64,000 bases of DNA from an uncultured Holophagales bacterium (lineage in GTDB: Bacteria > Acidobacteriota > Thermoanaerobaculia > Multivoradales > UBA5704): assembly GCA_963842525.1 (NCBI GenBank), contig CAWJGT010000001.1:704001-768000 (forward strand). The letters are read 5' to 3'. The notes beneath the pieces were generated by a model. The model was given only the letters and a program-made list of their open reading frames with translations, ran no database searches and was not told where the DNA came from. The stretch's first letter is position 1. Each line of letters starts with the position of its first letter. Below are positions 44,511 through 54,689 of this stretch, piece by piece. The translations under genes and the position numbers were made by a program.

Positions 44511-47500
44511 GCAGCCGTCCTCCCGGCACGATCATCACTTTCTATTCCTACAAGGGCGGTACAGGCCGTTCCATGGCGCTCGCAAACATCGCCTGGATCC
44601 TGGCGTCCAGCCACAAACGTGTACTGGTGGTGGACTGGGATCTCGAGGCTCCGGGCCTGCACCGCTATTTCCGTCCCTTCCTGCTCGACAAGCAGCTGAG
44701 CTCCTCCGCGGGGGTGATCGACTTCGTGATCGATTATGCGACCGAAGCGATCAAACCTGTCACAGAGGGAGAGCCGTTGCCCGACAACTGGTACATCGAG
44801 CAGGCCGACATCCTTCGTTATGCCATTACGCTCGACTGGGAGTTCCCATCGGGCGGCGTCCTCGACCTCATCCCAGCGGGCAGGCAGGGCCCGAGCTATG
44901 CCGCGCGTGTAAACTCGTTCAACTGGCAGAACTTCTACGAGCGCTTGGGCGGCGGCCGGGTCCTGGATGCAGCCAGAGACCATATGCGGGCGGAGTACGA
45001 CTACATTCTCATCGACAGCCGGACGGGCGTCAGCGACACCTCCGGCATCTGCACCGTGCAAATGCCAGACGCTCTGGCGGTCTGCTTTACCTTCAACAAT
45101 CAGAGCATCGAGGGAGCCGCCGCGGTGGCGCGCTCCGCTCATGAGCAGCAGGCCAAGCGCAGTGATCGCGCCTTCAGGGTCTTCCCCATTCCCATGCGGG
45201 TCGATGCGTCCGAAGTGGACAAGCTGAATACCCGGCGGCGCTACGCCTGGTGGATGTTCGACTCCCTGCTGAGCCACATCCCGAGTGCCGACCGCAGGCT
45301 CTATTGGGGCGAGGTCGAAGTGCCCTACATCCCGGTCTTCGCCTACGAGGAGATCCTCGCCTCCTTCCGCGAAGAGCCGAGCGATCCGAAGACCGCTCTC
45401 TCTGCCATGCTGCGGACCACCCGCCACCTGACCGGCGTCGGTGGCGAATACTCTTTTTCCATCTCACCCGAACAGCGGCAGGAGATCCTGGCGGAGTTCG
45501 CCAGCACTCCCGGGGAATTCGCGCTGGACAGCGCTCCTGTGATTCCAAAGGAGACGGCTGCCGAAGAGCAGACGCGGGTGGCCGAAGGCGCCTTTGCGTC
45601 TTTCTCTCCGCAGGAGCAGGCCGATCTCCGGCACCTCCTGACCCGTCTGGTGCGGATCGCCGGCGGGCCGGACGAGGCGGAGGGAGCTCACGGGCGGCTG
45701 CGAGTGAGAGTCCAGGATCTGGGTCCGGCAGCCCTCCCCCTCATTGACAGGCTCACAGCGCTGAGGCTCCTCACGGTACAAATGGAGGCCGGAACGAAGA
45801 GTGTGGAGCTCGCCGATGACGGACTCGCGCAGAGCTGGCCTCGCCTGCGCGACTGGATCGCGGGGGACCTCGAATTCCTTCTCTGGCGCCAGAGGCTGCG
45901 GGACCGTTGCCGGGATTGGGAGAAGACCGATCACAGCAGCGACCTGCTGCTGCAAGGGTTGCCGTTGAGGGCAGCGCAGCGCTGGCTGCTGGAACGGGGA
46001 GCCGATCTCAACGAGGTGGAGACTGCCTTCATCCAGCAGTCTGCCGCGCTGGAATCCCGCTCGCAGTACTCATTTTCCGCCCGAGGCTTGCGAGCCTTCA
46101 TCATCCGGCCGTTCGGCATCAAGCAGGAGATCGATTTCGACCGTGTGGAGAAGGAGCTGATCGATCCGGCTCTCAGCCAGCTCAATGTCGGGGGCCGGAC
46201 AACGGTCGATATCCTGCGGGCAGGCAACATCCGGCTCGACATGTTCCAGCGGCTTCTCGCCGCCGATCTGGTCGTCGCGGATGTCTCGATCCATAACGCA
46301 AATGTCTTTTATGAGTTGGGCATCCGCCATGCCCTGCGGGATAAACGGACCTTCCTGCTGCGCTGCGAAGGCGATCAATATCCTTTCGATCTGCAGACCG
46401 ATCGTTATTTTGTCTACCGGAAGGACAATCCAGCGGCCAGCCTGAGCCTGCTGACGACGGCTCTCGCGCGTACGATCACCTCCGAGGACATCGACAGTCC
46501 CGTCTTCCGGTCGCTCCCCGGCTTGAGGCAGCAGGACGGCTCGAGCCTCCTGGCGATCCCGCAGGATTTCATCGATGCCATCGAGCAGGCTGCGGCCACG
46601 CGCCAGCGTGGCGACCTCGAGCTGCTTTCCGCGGAGATCCGGGACCTGGAATGGGCGCGCGGAGGACTGCGGATCATCGGCCGCAAGCAGTTTGATATCA
46701 AAGCCTATTCTGGAGCGCGGAGCACCTGGGAGGCAATCCGGAAGCTCGACCCGGATGACTTGGAGGCGAATACGCTGCTGGGAACCATTTACCAGCGCCT
46801 GGGAGAGCCCGTGAACTCCGACCAAGCGATCCAGCGTGTCCTGCGCCACGATGAAGCAGCGGGAGACCAACGGGCCGAGGCTCTTGCCCTTCTCGCCCGT
46901 AATGCCAAGACCCGCTGGAGGGAGGAGTGGCACAGGCTCCCCTCCGAGCGCTTGCGTGAGGAGGCCTTGCGCTCCCCGTTCCTTGAGGAGTCTGCTCTCG
47001 CGTATATGCGAGCTTTCGAAGAATCCTTCAATCACTTCTACCCGGGCCTGAACGCGCTGGCAATGCTTACGGTTCAAATGGAGCTGGCGAGCGCTTTGCC
47101 GGAGATCTGGTTCGAGCGCTTCGATCAAGAAGAGGATGCCCGGAGGGAGATCGAAAGGAGAAACGAGCAGATCCGCAAGATCGCCTCTGCCGTGGAGCTG
47201 TCTCTGGCGGCAGCCAAGTCGCGCCTTGAGCGCCGGCAGGAAAGCGACATTTGGGTGGAGATCAGCGAGGCCGACTTTATCTGCCTGACCTCGAACCGAC
47301 CGCGACGGGTCGCCGATGCCTATCGCAAGGCTCTGGCGAGCGTCCCGGATTTTGCCATCGATGCGATCAACGGCCAGCTCAGGATGTACCAACTGCTTGG
47401 AGTCCTGAGCGCCAACGTCGAGGCTGCTCTTTCCATACCCACCTTTACCAGGCTCGGGCCAGAGACGCCGCAACCCGCCGGAGAACGGCCGCGCGCCCTT

Positions 47501-48094
47501 CTTTTCACCGGCCATAGGATCGACGCCCCCGGCCGCGAGGAGCCGCGCTTCCCACCCGACAAGGAAAGTGTCGCCCGGGAACAGATCCAAAGCGCGGTGG
47601 CCGCCGAGATGGCGCGGCCGGGAGGCGTAGCCTATGGAATCGCGGGCGGGGCGAGCGGCGGCGACATCCTCTTCCACGAGGTCTGCGCCGACCTGGGAAT
47701 GTCTACCCGTCTCTACCTCGCACTGCCGAAAGGCGACTATATCGTCGAGTCGGTTCAGTCGGCCGGGCCTGAGTGGGTCGAACGCTTCAACCAGCTCTAC
47801 CAGAAACATCCGGAGGTGCGCGTGCTCTCCCCCTCTTCGGACCTCCCGCGGTGGCTCAGCGAGAGACCCGGCCAATATTCAATCTGGCAACGTAACAACC
47901 TGTGGATGCTCTACAACGCGCTCGCGGAGGACAACAAAGACCTGACCTTGATCGCCCTCTGGGATGGTAAGGAGGGCGACGGGCCCGGCGGCACGGGAGA
48001 CCTCGTCACCAAGGTCAAGGAACGCGGCGCCAAAGTGATCCACCTGAACACCGAGGCGATTTTCGTCACCTACTCAACGGAGCCCGCATCATGA
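44507..48094 (+). CDS. Multidomain protein: ParA/MinD-type (FxsT-like) ATPase, wHTH, nucleoside-deoxyribosyltransferase-like domain, TPR (DUF4071-like), SLOG-like domain
   Basis: [37 protein letters not shown]; [12 protein letters not shown]...WEK; AFIIRPFG...[24 protein letters not shown]; FYPGLNA; LLFTGHRID...[10 protein letters not shown]...ALWDG..GDGPGGT; 4-bp overlap with the upstream gene. Confidence 0.8.
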   Translation: MSSRPPGTIITFYSYKGGTGRSMALANIAWILASSHKRVLVVDWDLEAPGLHRYFRPFLLDKQLSSSAGVIDFVIDYATEAIKPVTEGEPLPDNWYIEQADILRYAITLDWEFPSGGVLDLIPAGRQGPSYAARVNSFNWQNFYERLGGGRVLDAARDHMRAEYDYILIDSRTGVSDTSGICTVQMPDALAVCFTFNNQSIEGAAAVARSAHEQQAKRSDRAFRVFPIPMRVDASEVDKLNTRRRYAWWMFDSLLSHIPSADRRLYWGEVEVPYIPVFAYEEILASFREEPSDPKTALSAMLRTTRHLTGVGGEYSFSISPEQRQEILAEFASTPGEFALDSAPVIPKETAAEEQTRVAEGAFASFSPQEQADLRHLLTRLVRIAGGPDEAEGAHGRLRVRVQDLGPAALPLIDRLTALRLLTVQMEAGTKSVELADDGLAQSWPRLRDWIAGDLEFLLWRQRLRDRCRDWEKTDHSSDLLLQGLPLRAAQRWLLERGADLNEVETAFIQQSAALESRSQYSFSARGLRAFIIRPFGIKQEIDFDRVEKELIDPALSQLNVGGRTTVDILRAGNIRLDMFQRLLAADLVVADVSIHNANVFYELGIRHALRDKRTFLLRCEGDQYPFDLQTDRYFVYRKDNPAASLSLLTTALARTITSEDIDSPVFRSLPGLRQQDGSSLLAIPQDFIDAIEQAAATRQRGDLELLSAEIRDLEWARGGLRIIGRKQFDIKAYSGARSTWEAIRKLDPDDLEANTLLGTIYQRLGEPVNSDQAIQRVLRHDEAAGDQRAEALALLARNAKTRWREEWHRLPSERLREEALRSPFLEESALAYMRAFEESFNHFYPGLNALAMLTVQMELASALPEIWFERFDQEEDARREIERRNEQIRKIASAVELSLAAAKSRLERRQESDIWVEISEADFICLTSNRPRRVADAYRKALASVPDFAIDAINGQLRMYQLLGVLSANVEAALSIPTFTRLGPETPQPAGERPRALLFTGHRIDAPGREEPRFPPDKESVAREQIQSAVAAEMARPGGVAYGIAGGASGGDILFHEVCADLGMSTRLYLALPKGDYIVESVQSAGPEWVERFNQLYQKHPEVRVLSPSSDLPRWLSERPGQYSIWQRNNLWMLYNALAEDNKDLTLIALWDGKEGDGPGGTGDLVTKVKERGAKVIHLNTEAIFVTYSTEPAS

Positions 48095-48231
48095 GCCGTT
48101 TCCTTCGCCCGTTGCCCGCGGTCGAGCTCAAGAACGTGCCCTGGGACCAGGCTCTGCACGTGATCCTCAAAACCCACGGCCTCGCAGCCGAGGTCGACGG
48201 CCGGTTGTGGCTGATCGCGCCGCCCCGCTAA
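48079..48231 (+). pseudogene. Internally deleted duplicate of the STN-domain gene at 42372
   Basis: ggagcccgcatcatgagccgtttccttcgcccgttgcccgc matches 42360-42400, then jumps to gtcgagctcaag...tgatcgc matching 42670-42766; in-frame 46-aa remnant. Confidence 0.85.
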
Positions 48232-48251
48232 GGGCCTGTCCCACGAGCGCC

Positions 48252-48578
48252 ATGGATCACCCCGCCGCTTTCCGCCCCGAGGACCACGCCGTCTACGGCT
48301 CCGGCAAGATGGGCAAGGCCACGCTCTTCCAGTCCGACCGGCTCCTGGTGGGCCTGAACGCCTTCGAGCCGGGCCAGGAGCACCGCCTGCACGGCCACGC
48401 CGGCATGGACAAGGTCTACCATGTCCTCGCCGGCCGCGGCGTCTTCCTGCTCGAGGGGCGCGAGGAGCCCATGGCGGCGGGCACCATGCTCATCGCTCCC
48501 GAAGGGGTCCTCCACGGCATCCGCAACACCGGCGACGAGCGCCTGCTGGTCCTCGCCATCCTGGCGCCCTCGCCTTGA
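48252..48578 (+). CDS. Cupin domain protein
   Basis: FEPGQEHRLHGHAGMDKVYHVLAGRG, PEGVLHGIRNTG. Confidence 0.85.
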   Translation: MDHPAAFRPEDHAVYGSGKMGKATLFQSDRLLVGLNAFEPGQEHRLHGHAGMDKVYHVLAGRGVFLLEGREEPMAAGTMLIAPEGVLHGIRNTGDERLLVLAILAPSP

Positions 48579-48626
48579 GGGCGGCGCTCCGCAGTTTCCC
48601 CCATTTCGCCGCGCCAGGGCCGTCTA

Positions 48627-50480
48627 TCAGCCCTGGTCCAGGTGTCCCGTGGCCGAGTCGCCCATTTCGACCCGCCCGTCGGGAAAGTACTCCCGCCAGC
48701 GGCGGGTCACGGTGGCCGCGGTCTCCTCGTCGGCGAAGAGCTCCTTGGGGAACCACGGCTTCATCCGGGCGTCGAGGAGGATAGGTGCCTTGTAGGAAAG
48801 GTGATGGCGGACCACCGTGGTGCCCGCGGCATGGAGGTCCGCCGCGGGCTCGAAGCGGGTGAAGGTGGCCCAGAGGAAATTGATCGGGCTCGCGGCGGCG
48901 CGGCGCGGCTCGTCGGTCAGCACCAGGAGCGGCCAGCCGGCAAAAGCAGGATGACCGGCGAAGCGCGCCGCGGCCCCGGGGTCCTCCGCATACGAGGGTC
49001 CTCCCAGGATCAGGCAGCCCGGGCAGAAGACCCGCACGTCGGTTACACCCTGGGGGACCTCGGCGGCCGTGAATTCGCGCGGCAGCTCCCGCACCGGATC
49101 GCCGAGGCCGAGCCAGACCCCCTTCGAGCCCTGATTGACCGCCGGGCCTGTGTAATCGAGCGTATCCATCGAGAGGTTCGAGAGCACATAGAGGTCCGTC
49201 TCAGGGTGGGTGCGCTCCAGGATGTGCTGGAGCGTGCGCGGAAAATCCTTCAAATCGACAGGCCGATCGGTCACCAGGAGGAACTTGGTCAGCGAGAGCT
49301 GCCCTTCGCCGAGGATGCGGAAGGCGCTCGCCATGGCCTCCCGCCCATAGCGCTGCTTGACGACCGCCGCGGCCAATGAGTGATAGCCGGTCTCGCCGTA
49401 GGACCACAGCGACTCGACCGCCGGCATGACCAGGGGGAAGAGCGGCGACAGCAGCTCCTGGAGCAAATCGCCGATAAAAAAATCCTCCTGCCGCGGCTTG
49501 CCCACCACGGTCGCCGGATAGATCGCGTCCTTGCGCCGGGCCATCCGCCGCACGTGGAAGACCGGATAATCGTGCTGGAGCGAGTAGTAGCCATAGTGAT
49601 CGCCGAACGGGCCTTCCGGCCGCCGCTCGCGCGGAGGGACCTCGCCGATCAGCGCGAATTCGGCCGAGGCGACCAGCGGGTGCGGCCCGGGGCCGGGCGC
49701 CACGAGCCGCAGCCGCTCGCCGGCGATCAGCGAGGCGAGCATCAGCTCGGGGACGTTCTCCGGGAGCGGCGCGACCGCGGCCAGGATCAGGGCCGGCGGG
49801 CCGCCGAGGAACACGGTCGCCGGCAGGCTCTGCCCCCGCGACTCGGCCACGGCATAGTGGAAGCCGCCGCCCTTGCCGATCTGCCAGTGCATGCCGGTCG
49901 TCCGCGGGCCGTGGACGTGGAGGCGGTACATCCCCAAGTTGTGCCGCTTGGCGTCCGGCCGGCTGTCCGGGTGCTCGGTGTAGACGAGAGGCAGGGTGAC
50001 GAACGGGCCGCCGTCCTCCGGCCAGGTGGTGAGGACCGGCAGGCGATCGAGCCGGACGTCATCTGTCACGACCTCGGCGACCGGCCCGGAGCGCATCCTC
50101 CTGGAGCCGATCCGCAGGGCCTCCCGTCCGATGTCGCGCGCGCCCCAGAGCTTGCCGGGCGTCGGCGGCAGCAGCGTCTCGGCGAGATGGACCAGCCGCC
50201 GGATCAGGCGCAGCGGCCGGGTGCCGAACGCCAGCTCGGCCCGCCGCGCCGTGCCGAAGAGGTTGGTCGCCAGCGGAAAGTCGGACCCACGGACGTTGGT
50301 GAACAGCAGCGCCGGCCCGCCCGCCGCGATCACCCGGCGATGGATCTCCGACGCTTCGAGCCGTGCATCCACCGGCGCCTCGACCACGGCGAGGTCGCCG
50401 TCCCGGCGGAGCTGGTCGAGGAAGGCACGGAGGTCGGGGAACGTCGGCTCGCTCACGGCGGTGAGTGTATCCGACCTCAC
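48627..50480 (-). CDS. UbiD family decarboxylase
   Basis: DLRAFLDQL, GPALLF, NLGMYR, MHWQIGKGG, EGPFGDHYGYY, GKPRQED; true start may be GTG near 50456. Confidence 0.92.
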   Translation of the reverse strand: MRSDTLTAVSEPTFPDLRAFLDQLRRDGDLAVVEAPVDARLEASEIHRRVIAAGGPALLFTNVRGSDFPLATNLFGTARRAELAFGTRPLRLIRRLVHLAETLLPPTPGKLWGARDIGREALRIGSRRMRSGPVAEVVTDDVRLDRLPVLTTWPEDGGPFVTLPLVYTEHPDSRPDAKRHNLGMYRLHVHGPRTTGMHWQIGKGGGFHYAVAESRGQSLPATVFLGGPPALILAAVAPLPENVPELMLASLIAGERLRLVAPGPGPHPLVASAEFALIGEVPPRERRPEGPFGDHYGYYSLQHDYPVFHVRRMARRKDAIYPATVVGKPRQEDFFIGDLLQELLSPLFPLVMPAVESLWSYGETGYHSLAAAVVKQRYGREAMASAFRILGEGQLSLTKFLLVTDRPVDLKDFPRTLQHILERTHPETDLYVLSNLSMDTLDYTGPAVNQGSKGVWLGLGDPVRELPREFTAAEVPQGVTDVRVFCPGCLILGGPSYAEDPGAAARFAGHPAFAGWPLLVLTDEPRRAAASPINFLWATFTRFEPAADLHAAGTTVVRHHLSYKAPILLDARMKPWFPKELFADEETAATVTRRWREYFPDGRVEMGDSATGHLDQG

Positions 50481-50525
50481 CCCCTGTCCCCATGCGCTTT
50501 AACTTACCCCCGGGACGTGCCAGAT

Positions 50526-50652
50526 CGCCCAAGGTTCACACCCGGGGCTACCCAGTTCCGCCCTCCGGGCTCTCGAATCCTGGGCACTTCGACCAACATT
50601 CTTGCGAGCCCGGAGGGCGCCATTCGGTAGCCCAGGGTGTGAACCCTGGGCG
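50526..50652. repeat. REP-like inverted repeat (GAGCCCGGAGGGCG family)
   Basis: cccaaggttcacacccggggctacc...cgccctccgggctc / gagcccggagggcg...ggtagcccagggtgtgaaccctggg. Confidence 0.75.
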
Positions 50653-50760
50653 GGAGCTTCGATCGTCATCCGCACCATACGAGCCTCCTTGACCATTTCC
50701 ACCTTACCACGGAGGGATGAGGCTGTATCCTTGTGCGGCCCTGAGCAAGGAGCCCGATCC

Positions 50761-53253
50761 ATGGCCGAAGCCCTGCCCGCCCCGATCCATGAGCCTGCCG
50801 AAGCTCCCGAGCCGCGCCGTCCCTGGCGCGCCCTCCGGCGGGCCGGCCTGGCCATCCTCCTCCTGCTCGGCATCCTGACGATCGCCCTGGCGGCCGGCAC
50901 CCTGTGGGTCCGTTCCAGAGTGGAGGCCAGCCTCCCCCAGCTCGACGGCGAGCGGGCGATCCCCGGCCTGGCGGGGCCGGTGACCATCGACCGGGACGCC
51001 CTCGGCGTGCCCACGATCCGGGCTGCAAACCGGCAGGATACCGCGCGGGCCCTGGGCTTTCTTCATGGCCAGGAGCGCTTCTTCCAGATGGACCTCCTGC
51101 GCCGACAGGCTGCCGGCGAGCTCGCCGAGCTGTTCGGCCCCGCGGTCGTGGACAACGACCGGCTCAACCGCGTCCACCGGTTTCGCGCGGTGGCCCGCCG
51201 GACCATTGCCGGCTCCACAGCCGCGGAGCGGGCCCTCATCCAGGCCTATGCCGATGGGGTCAACGCCGGCCTCGCAGCCCTGGGAGAAAAACCTTTCGAA
51301 TACCTCGCAACGCGCACCGAGCCGGCGCCCTGGAAGCCCGAGGACACGATCCTCGCCTCGTTCGCCATGTTCATCGAGCTGCACGACGAGGACGGCAGCC
51401 GCGAATCGGACCTCGGTCTGATGAAGGACCTGCTGCCCGCACCACTGTTCCAATTCCTTGCCCCGATCGGAACGGAATGGGATGCGCCGCTCGTCGGCCA
51501 GCCGTTCGCCACGCCGCCGATCCCCGGCGCTGAAATCTTCAACCTGCGGGGCCATCCGTCGCATCTGCCGAAGGCGGCGGCGCTCGATCCGGTCGCCCCC
51601 GCTCACCCCGGGTTGACACCCGGGCGGGCCCTCGGCAGCAACAACTGGGCAGTCGCCGGCGCGCACACGGCCGACGGCCGCGCCCTGGTCGCCAACGACA
51701 TGCACCTCGGCATCGCGGTGCCCAACACCTGGTACCGGGCCTCCCTCGTCCTGCCGGACGGCGCCGGCGGCACAACCCGCATCACCGGCGTGACCCTCCC
51801 CGGCACACCCGTGGTCGCGGTGGGAAGCAACGGCCACGTCGCCTGGGGATTCACCAACAGCTACGGCGACTGGACCGACCTCGTCGTCCTGGAGGTCAAT
51901 CCCGGGAACTCCGAGGTCTACCGCACGCCGCAGGGACCACGTCGTTTCGAACGCGCGGTCGAGCACATCCGCGTCAAGGGCGGACCGGACGAGACGCTCG
52001 AGGTCCGCGAAACGATCTGGGGACCGGTGATCGACAAGGACCATCGCGGCCGGCCGCGCGCTTTCGCCTGGACCGCCCACCGTGCCGAGGCGGTCAACCT
52101 CGGCCTCCTGGGCCTGGAAACAGCCCGCACGGTCGACGAGGCCCTGGCGGTCGCCCACCGCACCGGCATCCCGCCGCAGAACTTCGTGGTGGCCGACGCG
52201 ACAGGACGGATTGCCTGGACGATCATCGGCAGGATGCCGCGCCGCATCGGTTTCGACGGCCGGACGCCAATGTCCTGGGCCGACGGCGCGCGCCGCTGGG
52301 ACGGCTGGCTCGCGCCGGACGAGGTCCCGCAAATCGTCGATCCGCCCGCCGGCCGGATCTGGACCGCCAATGCCCGTGTGGTCGACGGCGCCATGCTGGA
52401 GAAGCTGGGCGACGGCGGCTATGACCTGGGCGCGCGGGCACGACAGATCCGCGACGACCTGTTCGCCGTCGAAAAGGCCACGCCGCGGGACCTGCTCGCC
52501 ATCCAGCTCGACGATCGCGCCCTGCTTCTGGAGCGCTGGCGGACGCTCCTGCTGGACACCGTGACCGCGCGATCCGTGGCCTCGCTCCCCGCGCGCGGCG
52601 AGCTGCGGCAGGTCGTCGAAGAGAGCTGGACCGGCCACGCCTCGACCGGCTCGGCGGGATACCGGATCGTCCGGACCTTCCGGTACCTCGTGGCGGAACG
52701 CGCTTTCGACCCGCTCATCGCCCCCTGCATGACCGCGGACGACCGGTTCGACGGCCTGTCACGCCAATTCGAAGGGCCGCTCTGGAAGCTGGCCACCGAG
52801 CGTCCCACCTGGCTGCTCGACCCACGATACGGGAGCTGGAACGACCTCCTGCTGGAAGCGGCCGATGCGACGGTGGCCGACTTCGCCGGTCAGGAGGGGA
52901 CCCTGGCCGACCGGACCTGGGGAGAGCGCAACACCACCCGCATCCGGCACCCGCTCTCCCGCGCCGTCCCCTTCCTCGGCCGCTGGCTCGACGTGCCGCC
53001 GCGTCCGCTCCCCGGCGACGAGGACATGCCGCGCGTCCAGAGCCGCGCCATGGGCGCCAGCGAGCGCCTCGTGGTCTCCCCCGGCCAGGAGGACAAGGGC
53101 TTCTTCCACATGCCGGTCGGCCAGAGCGGCCATCCGCTCTCCCCCCACTACCAGGCCGGCAACAAGGCCTGGGAAGAAGGCCGGCCGACTCCCTTCCTGC
53201 CCGGGAAGACCGAGCACACCCTGCGGCTGGTGCCCATATCGGGCCGGTCCTGA
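50761..53253 (+). CDS. Penicillin acylase family Ntn hydrolase
   Basis: RDALGVPTI, LGFLHGQERFFQMDLLRR, GSNNWAV (catalytic Ser), ANDMHL, GQSGHPLSPHY. Confidence 0.93.
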   Translation: MAEALPAPIHEPAEAPEPRRPWRALRRAGLAILLLLGILTIALAAGTLWVRSRVEASLPQLDGERAIPGLAGPVTIDRDALGVPTIRAANRQDTARALGFLHGQERFFQMDLLRRQAAGELAELFGPAVVDNDRLNRVHRFRAVARRTIAGSTAAERALIQAYADGVNAGLAALGEKPFEYLATRTEPAPWKPEDTILASFAMFIELHDEDGSRESDLGLMKDLLPAPLFQFLAPIGTEWDAPLVGQPFATPPIPGAEIFNLRGHPSHLPKAAALDPVAPAHPGLTPGRALGSNNWAVAGAHTADGRALVANDMHLGIAVPNTWYRASLVLPDGAGGTTRITGVTLPGTPVVAVGSNGHVAWGFTNSYGDWTDLVVLEVNPGNSEVYRTPQGPRRFERAVEHIRVKGGPDETLEVRETIWGPVIDKDHRGRPRAFAWTAHRAEAVNLGLLGLETARTVDEALAVAHRTGIPPQNFVVADATGRIAWTIIGRMPRRIGFDGRTPMSWADGARRWDGWLAPDEVPQIVDPPAGRIWTANARVVDGAMLEKLGDGGYDLGARARQIRDDLFAVEKATPRDLLAIQLDDRALLLERWRTLLLDTVTARSVASLPARGELRQVVEESWTGHASTGSAGYRIVRTFRYLVAERAFDPLIAPCMTADDRFDGLSRQFEGPLWKLATERPTWLLDPRYGSWNDLLLEAADATVADFAGQEGTLADRTWGERNTTRIRHPLSRAVPFLGRWLDVPPRPLPGDEDMPRVQSRAMGASERLVVSPGQEDKGFFHMPVGQSGHPLSPHYQAGNKAWEEGRPTPFLPGKTEHTLRLVPISGRS

Positions 53254-53261
53254 AAAGACCC

Positions 53262-54617
53262 GTGTCAGGCTCCTCCGATCAGCACCCCGCGGTTCGCAAC
53301 GAGCAGGTGCTCGCGCGCCAGCTCTCGGCGGCCCAGCAGACGGCGATGGCGCTCGGCGGCGCGATCGGGACGGGCCTGTTTCTCGCCAGCGGCTTGTCGG
53401 TCAACGTGGCCGGACCGGCCGTCATCCTGTCCTATGTGATCGTGGCCGGCATCTCGCTGCTCCTCGGACGCGCGCTGACCGAGATGGCAGTGGCCCATCC
53501 AACGGCGGGCGCCTTCGGCGTCTACGCCGGGATGTACATCTCGCCCTTCGCCGGCTACGCGGTGCGCTCGAGCTATTGGCTGATGGAGGTGATCGCGACC
53601 GGCGCGCAGTTGGTCGCCGCATCGATCTACATGAGCTACTGGTTTCCGGGGGCGCCCGGGGCCGTCTGGGTGCTCGCGTTCTCCGTTGTGCTCATGTACG
53701 TCAACTCGCGCGCGGTCGGCCGCTTGGGCACGATCGAGTCCTGGCTCGTCCTGATCAAAGTCGTCGCGGTGGCGCTGTTTGTCGGCCTCGCCGTGCTGAT
53801 CGTGCTCGGCCTGACCGGCAAGCCCGCGATCGGCCTCAGGAACCTCACCGGACAGGGCGGCTTCCTGCCCTTCGGCCTCCAAGGGGTCTGGCTCGGCTGC
53901 TGTTTCGTCATCTACTCGTTCATCGGCGTCGAGATCGTCGGCGTCACCTCGGGCGAAGCGACCGACCCGGCCCGCACGATTCCAGCAGCCATGCGCCGCA
54001 TGGTCCTCGGCCTGTCGGCGATCTACATCGTGACCATCGCGCTGCTGGTCGCCCTGACACCGTGGAACCGGCTAGGCATCGGCGAAAGCCCCTTCGTGAG
54101 CGTTCTGACGGAGATCGGCATTCCCGGCGCCGCGGGTCTGATGAACTTTGTCGTGCTGAGCGCCGCGCTCTCGAGCGCGAACGCGAACCTCTACCTGATC
54201 ACACGGGCACTGTTCTCGCTGGCGCGCGCCGGCTTCGTCTCCCCGGCGCTCGGCGCCGTGACCGGGCATGGCGCACCGGTCAACGCCTTGCTCGTGTCGG
54301 GCATCGGCCTTGGAGGGGCCGTGCTGGTTCGCGCGCTCTGGCCCGACTCGGCATACGTGTGGTTTTTCGGCGTCGCCCTCTTTGGCGCGCTGTTCGTCTG
54401 GCTGATGATCTTCGTGACGCACATCGCCTATCGCGCGTCCGCCGCCGGAGGCAAGACGGCTCCGCTGGGCTCCTACGCGGGAGCCGCCCTGATCGCCGCG
54501 ATTCTGGCGTCCACCTGGTGGGTCCCCGGCCTGCGGTCCACCCTGGTTGCCGGCGGCCCGTGGCTCCTGCTGTTGGCGATCGGCTATCGGTTGTCGGCCG
54601 CGCGGCGCGGCCCGTGA
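53262..54617 (+). CDS. Amino acid permease (APC family)
   Basis: MALGGAIGTGLFLASG, AGPAVILSY, YSFIGVE, SPFV, MNFVVLSAALSSAN. Confidence 0.92.
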   Translation: MSGSSDQHPAVRNEQVLARQLSAAQQTAMALGGAIGTGLFLASGLSVNVAGPAVILSYVIVAGISLLLGRALTEMAVAHPTAGAFGVYAGMYISPFAGYAVRSSYWLMEVIATGAQLVAASIYMSYWFPGAPGAVWVLAFSVVLMYVNSRAVGRLGTIESWLVLIKVVAVALFVGLAVLIVLGLTGKPAIGLRNLTGQGGFLPFGLQGVWLGCCFVIYSFIGVEIVGVTSGEATDPARTIPAAMRRMVLGLSAIYIVTIALLVALTPWNRLGIGESPFVSVLTEIGIPGAAGLMNFVVLSAALSSANANLYLITRALFSLARAGFVSPALGAVTGHGAPVNALLVSGIGLGGAVLVRALWPDSAYVWFFGVALFGALFVWLMIFVTHIAYRASAAGGKTAPLGSYAGAALIAAILASTWWVPGLRSTLVAGGPWLLLLAIGYRLSAARRGP

Positions 54618-54689
54618 GGCAGCGATAACCGGCTGGCCGGCGGACTCGGGATCGATCCTGAGCCGCCGGCCGAAGGGTCAGCCGCGCGC

